Shown in pieces: positions 26,101 through 39,779 of a stretch of 64,000 nt of DNA. A program made the position numbers and the translations under genes. The notes under the pieces were generated by a model, which ran no database searches, was not told where the DNA came from, and saw only the letters and a list, made by a program, of their open reading frames with translations. This stretch comes from Octopus sinensis (taxonomy: Eukaryota): contig NC_043000.1 in NCBI RefSeq assembly GCF_006345805.1, positions 118,172,001-118,236,000 on the forward strand, read 5' to 3'. Position 1 is the first letter of the stretch. Every line of letters begins with the position of its first letter.

Positions 26101-28047
26101 AGACTCGTGGAGCCTTAGGTGTTTTTGCACAATAAACACACACAACTCCCGGTCTGGGAATCGAAAGCGCTAGTCCGCTGCCCTAACCACTGGGCCATTG
26201 TGCCTCCACTGCTGGGTCTGCTGATGTCATCTGCAATGAACAGTTGCGACTTCCGATAAGTCAACAATAGAGGCTTTTGATTGCCTAAAAATAAAGGCAT
26301 ATAACTCCTTTACTGCTAATTTCTAGAAAGCAATGAATATGATTGGCGTTATCCGCATGCAAAAGGACATCGGTATAGAAGATTTGAAAGGAACATGAAA
26401 ATCTGAAATACTTTAGGTGGTTGGAAGAAATTTAACAAGATCGATCTGTGTCCTAAATACATATTAATTATTTCTCAATGTTATTATTTTTACGATGGCA
26501 GCGAGCGGGAAGAAACGTTAGCACGCCGGGCGAAATACTTTGCGGTATTTCGTCTGTCTTTATGTTCTGAGTTCAAATTTCGCCGAGGTCGACTTTACCT
26601 TTCATCCTTTCGGGGTCGATAAATTAAGGACCAGTTACGCACTGGGGTCGATATAATCGACTTAATCCGTTTGTCTGTCCTTGTTTGTTCTCTCTGTGTG
26701 TAGCCCCTTGTGGGTAGTAAAGAAATAGGTATTTCGTCTGTCTTTATGTTCTGAGTTCAAATTCCGCCGAGGTCGACTTTACCTTTCATCCTTTCGGGGT
26801 CGATAAATTAAGTACCAGTTACGCACTGGGGTCGATGTAATCGACGTAATCCGTTTGTCTGTCCTTGTTTGTCTCTTCTATGTTTAGCCCCTTGTGGGCA
26901 ATAAAGAAATTGTTAAACACGCTGAGTAAAAATGTTTAGCCGTATCTCATCTGTCATTACATTCTGAATTCAAATTTCGTCAAGGTCAACTTTACCTCTC
27001 ATCCTTTCGGAGTCAATGAATTAAGTACCAGTTATGCACTGGAAGTTGATGTAAACGACTTACTCGTTCCCCCAGAAATTTCTGACCTTGTGCAAAAAAT
27101 TTGAAACCAATATTATTATTTTTACGTAATTATTTTATTTCTAAGTAAAATATGGCGCTGTATCAACCCTTCTATTCACACTGGTTATAAATAAATTGAT
27201 CCACTTTTTAAAGGTACTTTTGATAATGATAATAACAGGAGTTTGACAAATTAAGTAAATATAAGGACCTGGAAATTGAAATACAAAAGACGTGACAACT
27301 TAAAACGAGAACTGTTCCTGCTATTGCGGGTGTCCTGGGTCTGATAAGAAAGGGATATCAGAAACATACAGATAATATCCCAGGAGAACCATGTCTCAGA
27401 GAAAGCCAGGAGATTGTGCTGACAAGTACTACCCACAACCTTAGAAAAACACTATCAATTTAAATGTATGCGTTGTATCACATGGAGATATTTCGCTACT
27501 GCCCCTCCCCTCCCCAAGCTTTCAGTCGTATTGTAACATTTTTATCCTTCACCCGCCCTAGGATGTTGAGTGTGTCTCGACGAGTGATTGTAACAAACAT
27601 GCAGATTAAAAGTAAATAATAATAATAATAATAATGATAATAATAAATGCCCTGATTCAGTACCAGACAGTGGCTCTCATGGCTTCTGATCTTAACATAT
27701 TGAAAGTATTATCATGTACGTTGTTTTGTCTTGGTATAAAAGATGGGCTACAGCAAATATTCTGCTCAATACCACAAATTTTCTTGTCAGTTGTTTGACC
27801 TTAACCAGTTGAGCATGTCCCTTAGTGGCTGACGATATGTGCATCGCTGATCACGAGCAGAAGTAGTGGGTGAGCATCATAGCCGTGTGTTGAAAGGAAT
27901 TCTTAGAAGTTTGGATCATTCACCTTTGGAAACATGGGTAGTTCGTTCAACATCCTTAAACATATGATTGTGATGCATGATGGGTATACTGGGCTTCGTA
28001 TATTTTACCCCAGTGTCACTTTGATGGCATGCACTGCTCTCTCACTC

Positions 28048-28080
<33 letters not shown>

Positions 28081-28241
28081 CCTTTCTACTAAAGATACAA
28101 GGCTTGAAATTCAGTGGGAGGAGGCAAAGTGCTCAGCTAGTACTAATTTTATCGAATTTGAGCTCAGAACATAAAGACGGACGAAATGCAACTAAGCATT
28201 TTGCACGGTGCGGTAACGATTCTACCAGATCGCCGCCTTAA

Positions 28242-28276
<35 letters not shown>

Positions 28277-29932
28277 CCTGTTGAAATTCTTATGACGTGT
28301 ATTATATGTTGTGTACACTAATATACTTAATAAATTTTGATATTTTCAAAGGTGTTGTTGCCATCCCTGCAGCCGCCGGAGGACAGATTTTTGGCGGTTA
28401 TGTATGCAAAAGGTTTAGTCTAAGAGTACCTGAACAATGTCTGCTCTCTCTTGTTTCTTTGTCACTTGGATTTTTAACCTACGGTATATTCTGGGCGAAA
28501 TGTCAGGACGTCCCATTTGCAGGAATCACTCAGCGGTATCAGGATTTGTAAGTATAAATTTATCAACAAATGTAAAAGGAAAAAATATAGGCGCAGGCGT
28601 GGCTGTGTGGTAAGAAGCTTGCTTCACCACACAGCCATTTAATTTGTCATTTCACCATTTCATTTGTCCTTCATATCATTATGTGTGTGTTTCCAGCCCG
28701 CAGCTTCCTTTCTGTGTAAGGCCCTTGAGGCCAGTTAAATGAATAAAAAAAGCTTGCTTCACAACCACATGGTTCTAGGTTCAGTCCCGCTGCGTGGCAC
28801 CTTGGACAAGTGCCTTTTCTGTAACCTCGGGTCGACAAAAGCCGTGCGAGTGGATTTGGTAGACAGAAACTGAAAGAAGCCCGTCGTATACATATAACGG
28901 CGGACGTTAAACGATGATGATGGTGATGCATAATGTATGTGCGTCTGTGTTCGTCCCCACCACCGCTTGACAACCGGTGCTGGTGTGTTTACGTCCATGT
29001 AACTTAGCGGTTCGGCAAATGAGAACGATAGAACAAGCACCAGGCTTATAGAAAAAGTAATAGAGGTCGATTCATTTGATTAAAATATCTTCAAAGCGAT
29101 GCTCCAGCATGGCCGCAGTCTAATGGCTGAAACAAGTAATAGATAAAAAGATATACAATCGAATGCCTAAATTCACTGCTTTGTACTCTGAAAGTTTCCA
29201 TCTCAATAATGATACTCAAATATCGCTCTGATACTCCGTTCAACGAAAACTAGCAGATGCTCATAACTGCTCGGTCAAAATCAATAACGTGTGCTTTCCA
29301 TCATTCATTCTGTTTACCTCTTACTCTCCCAACCCTTCCTCTCTCTTTCTCATTATATGACACAAACATAATATATACACAGACATGCGGGAAGTAAATA
29401 GATACCTTTAATTTTCAAAATCTTTTATTTGATATTAATCGGTTGAAGGAGAGGTTTTCTTCTAGCTGCTCGTCCATAATACCCAAGCTCATGCAGATAT
29501 GTAACACATTCTTGGACTAACTTCTAGCTGTTTTACAATGTCAGAATCCTTCGAATGAAGTTCGTTTTCCACAATTCTCTTCAAACAGCGAAGCTTCTTT
29601 TCCGAGGGTCCAAGTCAGCCGGGACGAGAATCTGTTGATTCCTTTCCTTGGCTTTTGAATTGCACTATCATTCTATTAACAGTAGCAAGAGGAATTTGAA
29701 GATTTTCGGAAATTTTTCGCTGGCTAAGACAATACGACCTCTTTGAAAATCTGACAGTTCTGCTGAATTTGTTGTGCGTGGCATGGTTACTCTTTGCAAA
29801 TGTCTAATATAATAGCACCTGAAATGAAAAAGAATAATCACAATGTAAATTCTACACCGCTGAAAACATAATAAGGCGCTTAGATCAGAAATTTTGAAAA
29901 TTAAAGGTGTCTATTTACTTCCTGCATATCTC

Positions 29933-29970
<38 letters not shown>

Positions 29971-30769
29971 CTAGCAGACATACCCGGCGTTGCTCGGGAT
30001 TTAAATGGTGTAGTTTGTATATATGGTACAGTTAAGTTGAAACATGTGATACGAGGAAGTGCAGCATTGACGACAAAATATTTGTGGAGTAAACGAAGGG
30101 CTAATTCGACTGACATGCCATGGGTCTGTTTGGAAGGTTCCAGGCCTTAACCGAGTCATTGAAAATTGGGTGGTGGGTATGTGATTTTTGAACGCACCAA
30201 AGAGCTCTCAGTGGATACACTCCCCTTTGCAGCTGTCGGCGCCGCCGGTACCACGCTGAACAATTAGCAGACATAGAAGCTACAGGAAAGGGGGTTTTCT
30301 GCTCCCAGAGTCTCCATTAGTCATTATGTGAAAAAGTTTTAAGAGTCTAAAACCATCTCTGGAACATAAGTAATGTATGTTCCCAGATTGGAGAAAATCA
30401 GTTGCGAACTTCAGAAGCTCTGTGGGTGTACACACACGCGCGCGCGCACACACAGACACACATACATACATACACACATCCTCAGTTTTATATCTAGAGA
30501 GGTAGAGAAATTAACTTAAGTTCGTCATCAAGGGTAATGTCCCTTGAACGAAGCAACCAAGTTATGCGATCATTCGCATTGTTTACGCAGGAAAGAGGAT
30601 TTTCTGCCCCCACGAGCCCTATTACTCATTATGTGAAGAATTTTAAGAGTCTCTGGAACATCTCTGGAACATAAGTAATGTATGTTCCCAGTTTGGAGAA
30701 AATCAGTTGCGAACTTCAGAAGTTCTACGGGTTTACACATATATCCTCAGTTTTATATATATATATATG

Positions 30770-30811
<42 letters not shown>

Positions 30812-33800
30812 TGAAGGCGCGTGGCTTAGTGGTTAGGGTATTCAACTCACGATCGTAAGGTCGTGAGTTCAATTCCCTGCGACGCGTTGTGTCCTTGAGC
30901 AAGACACTTTATTTCACGTTGCTCAAGTCCACTCAGCTGGCAAAAATGAGTAGTACTTGTATTTCAAAGGGCTGACCTTTTCACACTCTGTGTCACGCTG
31001 AATGTCCCTGGGAACTACGTTAAGGGTACACGTGTCTGTGGAGTGCTCAGCCACTTGCAGGTTAATTTCACGAGCAAACTGTTCCGCTGATCGTATCAGC
31101 TGGGACCCTCGTCGTTGTAACCGACGAAGTGCTCCTTTTATGTGTGTGTGTGTGTGTGTGTGTGTGTAATCTAATTTCGGTCACTAGATGACGGCCATGC
31201 TGGGACACAACTTTCAAGTGTTTAGTCGAACAAATCAACTCCCAGTAATTTTATTTATTTATTCATTTATTTAAAATTGATACTTATTTTCTCTGTCTCT
31301 CTTACCTAACTGCTTGCTTATTAGGATGTAAAGAAACAAACACTGGTTATTCAGCTGTTCATGGGAATAAATACACACAACAACAACAACAACACTTCTC
31401 CCTAATTCACTCCCAAGGCATTGGCTGGCCCGGGGCCACAATAGACGACACCTGGCCAAGGTACCGCACAGTGGGTCTTAACCCGAAACTGCTTGGTTGC
31501 AAAGTGAGCTTCTTACCACACAGCCATGCCCGTGCTGATAAAAAAGAAATTAAGGGGACACTTATATTTATTATTCCTAAACAAGAATGTTGTTGACAAT
31601 CTCACACACATACATACATACATATATATGTGTGTGTGTGTGTGTGTGTGGAGGTACGTGGCTTAGTGGTTAGGGTGTCAGCATCATGGTCGTAAGATTG
31701 TGGCTTCGATTCCTGGACCGGGCGACGCGGTGTGTTCTTGAGCAAAACACTTTTGCCAGCTAAATGGACTGGAGCGACGTAAAATGAAGTATTTTGCTCA
31801 AGATCACAACGCATCACCCGGTCCAGGAATCGAAACCACAACATAGCGATCATGAGTTCAACACCCTAACCACCAAGCCACACGCCTCCACATTTCTTAA
31901 ATGTAATTGATACATTGTAACTTAATATATTCCATAAAAGATTCTTTTCACGAAGGAATGGGCATATTTTATGAAGCATCTTAAACAGTCGAATATGTTA
32001 TTGACCTTTATTTAGGTTAACCTACAGGCCTATTAATTCTACATTGTTCATTTTTATTCAGAATAAATCTATAAACACTAATTTAGTGGTGGCTATGTTT
32101 AAATCATATAGAAGACACCTCCACACGCTTTGAATAATTCAATAGCTCAGTAGAATAGTTCAGACTTAAAAATGTTCGTTGTAAATATATTTAAGAGTAA
32201 ATTTAATTAAACTTGGAACCCACGGAAATCTTTAAAAAATTAGATAAACACGACTGAAAATTAGATTAATTGTGTTTTTGAAAAATTAACTTAAACTTCC
32301 TAAATATTCATTTACGTATCCAGAAAACAATAACAAAGCAAGTAACTCTAACACATTGGCTCTCGAGCCTCATTTTACGTTTTATCCCAGGGTCCCAATA
32401 CAATATCTTAATTAATTTTGACATGAGCGGTGTAATATTTTTACACTGCACCATATGTGAGGCAGGGATCACATAGGTAGTGTTAGATACCCATATTCCA
32501 CCGAAGGATGTGTGGTACCCTAGTTCAAATCACATCCTAGTTGCCGCACGACAACCTAGTTGGTCAGTTAGAAATTTTGGGTATTTGCTACTGGAAGATC
32601 TCGAAATCTTTTCAACAAGAACTATTTTGGTTTCCATGACAAGTAAAATATTCTTCATTCCTTCCTGTTTCTATTGGAAAATCTACCAGTTTTTCAAAAA
32701 GAACTTGCTATTTTTGTTTCAATGGCATATAAAATGTTCTCAATACTCAATCTTTTATTTTACCTCATTACATGGTGAAATCAGGTGGAAAACGAAACAA
32801 AATATTAAATAAGAGCATTCGGAGAGTGCAAACTTCTGCCAAGGCAACATCGACATCCTCTCAACGATTAGTCTAGGATGGCTTTTAAAATGAGAATATC
32901 TGAAGTAAACTCGGCTGCTCTCACAAACGAGAATACTAAAAATGAACCCTGACCGCTCTCAAAAATTAAGTAAAAAAAGAAAAAAAAAAACAGAAAAATA
33001 ATCCCGAATCTTTGTCCGGTACCGGATCGATTCCAAAATCTAACCAGTTCGTGCCTGTCACGAGGCCAAGAATCCCGGAGAGTTTCATCCGAATCCATCT
33101 AGCAGTGTTTGCGATATCTTGTCCACGAACAAAAAACAAACACGACTGAAAATAATACCTCTGCTTTCGTTAAGGCGGAGATAAAAATCTATAAAAAATT
33201 GTTCTCTTAGTGTTGCAAAAGCACAAATCGGAGCATACCAGCTCTCAGAAAGCCCATAGGAAAGAAATTAAAAAACGACCCGCTGATGGGTCATGCAGGA
33301 CTCGCTAGCATACCATCATAACGCACTAGCAGGACGTGTGGGAGCCAACGTGTTAAGAAGTATTAATTTGAATGAAATTTAATAGTATTCAAGTAAATGC
33401 ATTTGGTTTCAATTTCTAGGTTGTCTCAGATCAATATGCAATAACTAACATTATCTTTTCTATTCTAATATGTTGAGCTTTTATTGTAGCCCTAATTTCA
33501 TTGAATACATGTGTATGTACACAACTTTTATGCTTAGAAGACGGTGAAATAAAACATCATTTCGGTTCGATAAAATAACTACTAATTGAACACTAGGGTC
33601 GACATAACTGACATACTTCCTCTCCCGAAATAACCGGCCTTGTGCCAAAATCTGAAGTCACTATCAGATTTACCTAAAGCAGTGAGCTGGCGGAATTATT
33701 AACTCGGCGGACAAAATGCTTTGCGGCATTTCTTCCGGCTTTACGTTCTGAGTTTAACTACTTCTAGGTCGATTTTGCCTTTCGTAATTTCTGGGTCGAT

Positions 33801-34479
33801 AAAACAAAATCATCAGACGAAATACTTAGCGGCACTTTTTTCCGGCTTTTTATGTTCTGAGTTCAAATCCACCGAGGTCGACTTTACCTTTCATGCTTTT
33901 AGAATCCATTAGATAAAAATCAGTTGGTTATTGGGGGGTCAATGTCATCGACTCTCCTCTTAAAGTTGATGGCCTTATGTCTGAAGTAGAAACCTTTATT
34001 ATGGTATTCTCTATAATTTTATTTCTTTTTTCAGATCAAGCTTAAATCAATCAACGACAGAAATCGAATTTGAAACAAATCTTTATTCCAAATGTAATTC
34101 AGAATGTTCCTGTACGGCAAATAATTATCGTCCGGTGTGTGGCTCAGATGCCGTTCAATATTTCTCTCCATGTTTCGCTGGTTGTGCTGCTTATAACAGA
34201 GAAAGTAAAGTAAGAAAAGTCTTTAGTATTTTCTTTTTTACATTGCAAATATAAATGAAAATTCGCGCTCTTTTTATCTGTTCTCTTTTACTCTTTTACT
34301 TGTTTCAGTCATTTGACTGTGGCCATGCTGGAGCACCGCCTTTAGTCGAGCAAATTGACCCCATGACTTATAAGCTTTGTAAGCTTAGTACTTATTCTTT
34401 CGGTCTATTTTGTCGAACTGCTAAGTTACGATGACATAAACACACCAGCATCGGTTGTCAAGCGATGTTGGGGGTACAA

Positions 34480-34515
<36 letters not shown>

Positions 34516-36327
34516 GTATATATATACACATATATACAACGGGCTTCTTTCAGTTTCCGAATACAAATTCCACTTACAAGGCTTTGGTCGACCCGAGGCT
34601 ATAGTAGAAGACACTTGCCCAAGGTGCCACGCAGTGGAACTGAACCCGGAACCTTGTGGTTGGTAAGCAAGCTACTTACTACACAGCCACTCCTACGCAC
34701 GCCTATTCTATGTAACGCCTGTTGTATGTAATATTTTACTTGATAGATCAAGGAATTGTGTAAAAACAACTGCATAAATCTTATATAGCTTCTTAATATT
34801 GACTGAGCCGATAAAATGGTGGACAAAATACCTTTTTTTTTTTTTTTTTTTCGTTGTCTTTTTTCTGTAAGTTGCCGTGTCGTACTTTTCAAGTTTGCAA
34901 CCCTATCAAGATTCGCTTTGCTTTTCGTATTTCTTAAAACCTTCCCCTTTTCTGTCCTCACTTCCTGACCTTCTGTTTCCACACACTTCTATTTACATTC
35001 TTAAACTTTGAGGATTCACTCTGAAACTTCATCACAATTGTTTTATCTTTCCAGATTCAATGCTCTCACTTCCACCCACACTTATAATTTGAGTAGCCAT
35101 GTAGCTCCTCTACAACAAGAAACTGATTCTTTTACTGGCCCTTCTTTCGTACTTTTAACTGAGCCAGTCTGACCGTGATCGAATGACATTCTTGTGTACC
35201 GTCGTATGTTTGGTAGTTGAGGTTAACACTTAGTGTTCTATACGCTTACACGAGTAGTATTTTATAGAAGAGGCGTAGCGTGGCTGTGTGATAAGAAGAT
35301 TGCTGCCCAACAACATGGTTCCAGGTTCAGTTCCAACTGCTTGCTACCTTGGGCAAGCGTTTTTTTACGATAACTTCAGGCCGACCAAGCCTTGTGAGTG
35401 GATTTGATAGACGGAAACTAAAAGAAGCTCATTGTATACATGCGTGTGTGTTTGTATGTGTGTATGCGCTTGTCTTGAAATCACGTGATAGCTGTACATA
35501 AGCGTCACTGTCATACGCATAGTATTATTCATTTCCAGTATTCTGCGAAAACATGTCTGGCCGTGGAAACTGGAGAAATATTTCCTAGCTTGCAAACAGG
35601 TGAGGATTGGCGACAAGAGGGGCATGCGGTCGTACAAAACCTGCCACAAATAAACTCTCTCGGACCCATGCAAGTAGGGGAAAATGGACGTTAAATGATG
35701 CTGTGATGTGTGGAGTAAGAGCGTTACAATTGATTAACATAGCCTACAATCGAAAGATGAGTACATCTACAAGTATTACATTCCCATTACATGTGATTGA
35801 TTAAAAATATATTTACTTAAACTAGCTCTCAGCTCAATATGTTGAAACCTGACCTGTCAAACTTGTCAAACATATATCTTTCCGTCTCAAATGACCTGCT
35901 ATCATTCTGATATGCTTCCCAATCGTTTACACCCGTCCATATGTTTTTTAGGTCGCTTTTACGCAGTATTTTTCTTTTCTTAGGCTTATTATGTGGGCAC
36001 TTTGTAATTTCCACTTCACCGATGGGTCGTTCATTATCACTCAACACATGCTCTGCTTAGCACATTTGACAATTAGGAGACACTTAGCAGTTTGCAGTGT
36101 CTCGATTACTGTTGTTGTTATCTGCTATTTAATAGTAACCCTAACCGCCAAGGTCACCTTTGCATTTCATCCTTTCGGAGTCGATTAAAATAAGTGGCGA
36201 TCTTTCGTTTTGACTCGAAATAATGTAAGCAATGAATTCGGTGAGTTCCGTGACCACATGTTGTTTTTGTCAATTGTCAGTTGGGAAGAGAAAGATAATG
36301 GGTTGCGCGTGCGTACTTGTTCATTTC

Positions 36328-36359
<32 letters not shown>

Positions 36360-37886
36360 CTTGTTCCTCTGTGTGTGTGTGTGTACACGTTTGTTCCTGT
36401 GTGTTATTTCTACCTCGTTCAGGGCAACCGTCTACTTCCCGAACGAATGAAAACATCACGAAAATTCATGAACGGCCGTCGTCGAAAAGTTGACGAACAA
36501 TTGCTTGTTCGTATACACTAACTAACAAAAATGCAGATACACATGCACACACACACACATACATACAGGCATATGGTGAATAAGGAGTATTATATGACAG
36601 AAAGGTGTGGTCTGAGAGAAAATTTGTTGCTTTTTCAAAACATTTAGTTACAATGTAATGGTCTCGTCGGTTATTCACACCATTCTTACTCCCTCTCTCT
36701 TTCTCTTTCTCTCTCTCTGCTCATCTACATGAATAACATTATAAAAATAGAATAAAATCTTCGGCATAAACTATGCCAAATCTTCATATGAATTTACCAA
36801 GTAGTTAGCGTGAAAAACCTCATAAGAGAAAAAAAAACATCAATTTTTTCTTTTAAATTTATTTATTTATATTATATAGAGGGCACTATTACACATAGAT
36901 GCCTCACACTGGGAGGGAGTCCCTCCCAACGTGAGGCATTTATGTGTAACAGTGCCCTCTATATAATATAAATGAATAACTTATTTATGTGCAAAGTTTT
37001 TGTTCGGTATTTGCTATCATGTACATTTTTACGGATCTAGTCGGTTTGGCTGCCAGCATTAATTCTGTTCGAATTGATTTCATATTCAGGGTAATGATAC
37101 ACTTTTATTGGTTAACGAATGACGTGAAAATCATTTCGTTATAAATAATAGAAAAAAAAAGAGTTATTAGCAATTAAAGTTTGAAAATTTGGGGTAATTT
37201 TAGCCAATTGTAAGCCACAGATACATTCATGCCTGTTTCCATAGTAACAAGCGTATCATGAGAACCCACTTGTCTACGAGAAAGCACGTACTGACAAATA
37301 TATTGAAACCACTTGTTTCACCTGTCTGTTGACAATTGAGCACGTAAATTTATGAGCTGTTCAACAAAATGCTTTTTTTTTTAAATATTTAATTTGTAAC
37401 GTGTTGTTCATTGCATTCGCATTAAATGCATATTGAATACTTAAACCTTCTTGTTTACTCGTTTCTTTTTGCCATTGAGGTGGTTGTAAGGTGTGCTAAA
37501 AATAACAGCTAAGTAACTGCTGTCGCATTAAATGCATATTGAGTGCTTCGAACTATAAAACACATGTTGTTTACAGATATTGACAACACGTGCTATTTTC
37601 AGGGTGCTGACGACAAAATGTGCAGTCCCGCACAAAATGACAGCTTCCAAATCCTGATTCCTGACTGGGTGAAAATAGTCAAACCGTAAACCTCTATAAC
37701 TTTTTAAAACCATTTTTCTGGAAAAAGTGAAATAACTCCAGCAATTCAGTTTGGGAAAGATATTACTGTGCCAAATTTTAAAATTTTCGATAAGGCGTAG
37801 GAACGAACCACATGGTTCCGGGTTCAAAGCCTTGAGAGTGGATTTGGTAGACGGAAACTGAAAGAAGCCTGTCGTATATATGTGTG

Positions 37887-37969
<83 letters not shown>

Positions 37970-38658
37970 TGTGTGTGTGTGTGGTGTGTGTGTGTGTTTG
38001 TGTGTCTGTGTTTGTCCCCCTAGCATTGCTTGACAACAGATGCTGGTGTGTTTACGTCCCCGTCACTTAGCGGTTCGGCAAAAGAGACCGATAGAATAAG
38101 TACTGGGCTTACAAAGAATAAGTCCTGGGGTCGATTTGCTCGACTAAAGGCGGTGCTCCAGCATGGCCGCAGTCAAATGACTGAAACAAGTAAAAGAGAG
38201 AGAGTAAAGAGTAACATGCAACCATGCTTTTCAAAAATTCAACCTAAACCACCAGATCTGAAAAAGTTTTTCTCTTTATCAGTAAAATAATAAAAGCACT
38301 CGGTTGACCGCCTTTTTACTTACAAACAAACAATACACTTGTGCTTGTTCAGTGAGTAGGCTGTAGAAAAAAAACATACACGATGAGATAGAAGAAATGA
38401 GATTGTAGTTTTGAAAATCAGCCAATTTTAGTGTAAGGCAAGTGAAAACATTGAACTCAAAGGAAATTATGTTCATAGTTATTTCTCAGTGTTATTGTGG
38501 GCTCCAATATCGCCAGATTTAAGATATTTGTGTTGTCAACACGTAGTCTCCCAAAGTGCAGCACATGGGCAAATGCGTTCTACTATAGCCCCGAACCAAT
38601 CCTTGATTTGTGAGTGAATTTGAGAGAGGGGAAACTATGCTGAAGTGCGACATATATT

Positions 38659-38699
<41 letters not shown>

Positions 38700-39411
38700 A
38701 CCCCACAACCGCCTCAGCAAGTGCTGCATCGCTTACGTCTCAGTAACCTAGTTGTTACAGAGAAAGCAATGACAGGTTTATTAAACACAGTATGTCCATA
38801 AGAGATATTATCTTCGTGCTAATACCTCAGTTATTACATTGGCTTCCGTGATGCGTTTGAGTATGAGGCACAGATATATGTGTGTGTGTGTGTGTTGTGT
38901 GTGTGTGTGTGTGTGCCCGTCCAGAGCAACAACTTCCGGGTCAAAGAACACACGGAATAATCCACACGTCGTTGAAAACTATATTTAGTAGAGATGACCC
39001 GGAAGTTGTTGCTCTTCGATTACTATCGCAAACAGCAATAGGTTTCTTCAGCTGAGTGCACGTCGTTGATTGGTTAAAATTACCCAAATGCGACAACTTT
39101 AACACGAAATAACTGCTAAAATACGAAATTTTGACAAACGTGTTGAAAGTAAACTGTGTTCAGCGTGAGAAATTACACCAGAATACGAATTTTCAAACTA
39201 TTTAGTTAAAAAAAAATAATTAAAAGATCTGTGAGCCAAACTGAAGAGATTCCTCCCCATATCTCAAAACATTTATAATACTACACTTTTCGCGGAAAAT
39301 GGGGGAGGGTGGAAGATTCGGAGCCCCACCATCACCACCAAACTCAGTGGGTAGGGTGGACTGCATGCCCTAGTTTCCTAGTCACCCTTCGCCACTGTAT
39401 GTGTATTTATG

Positions 39412-39447
<36 letters not shown>

Positions 39448-39702
39448 TGCATATGTATGTATGCATGTATCTATGTATGGATATGTATTGATGTATATGT
39501 ATAAATATGCATATGTATATATATATATATGTATTTAAATGTATGTATGAATGTATATATATATATACTTATGTATATGCCTGTATACATGTAGTAACGT
39601 ATATGTGTATATATATTTATATACATGTTTATATATATACTTATGTATATACCTGTATACATATAGTAATGTATATGTGTATATATTTATGTATACGCAT
39701 GT

Positions 39703-39779
<77 letters not shown>

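Noticed and set aside
27251-27436. APE endonuclease fragment (LLAFSETW) on the minus strand
   Set aside because: One short motif with no other readable APE motifs; not enough to call.
34201-34215. Alternative donor gaaa|GTAAAG at 34205
   Set aside because: It would shift the frame relative to exon H; the 34210 donor keeps phase 0.
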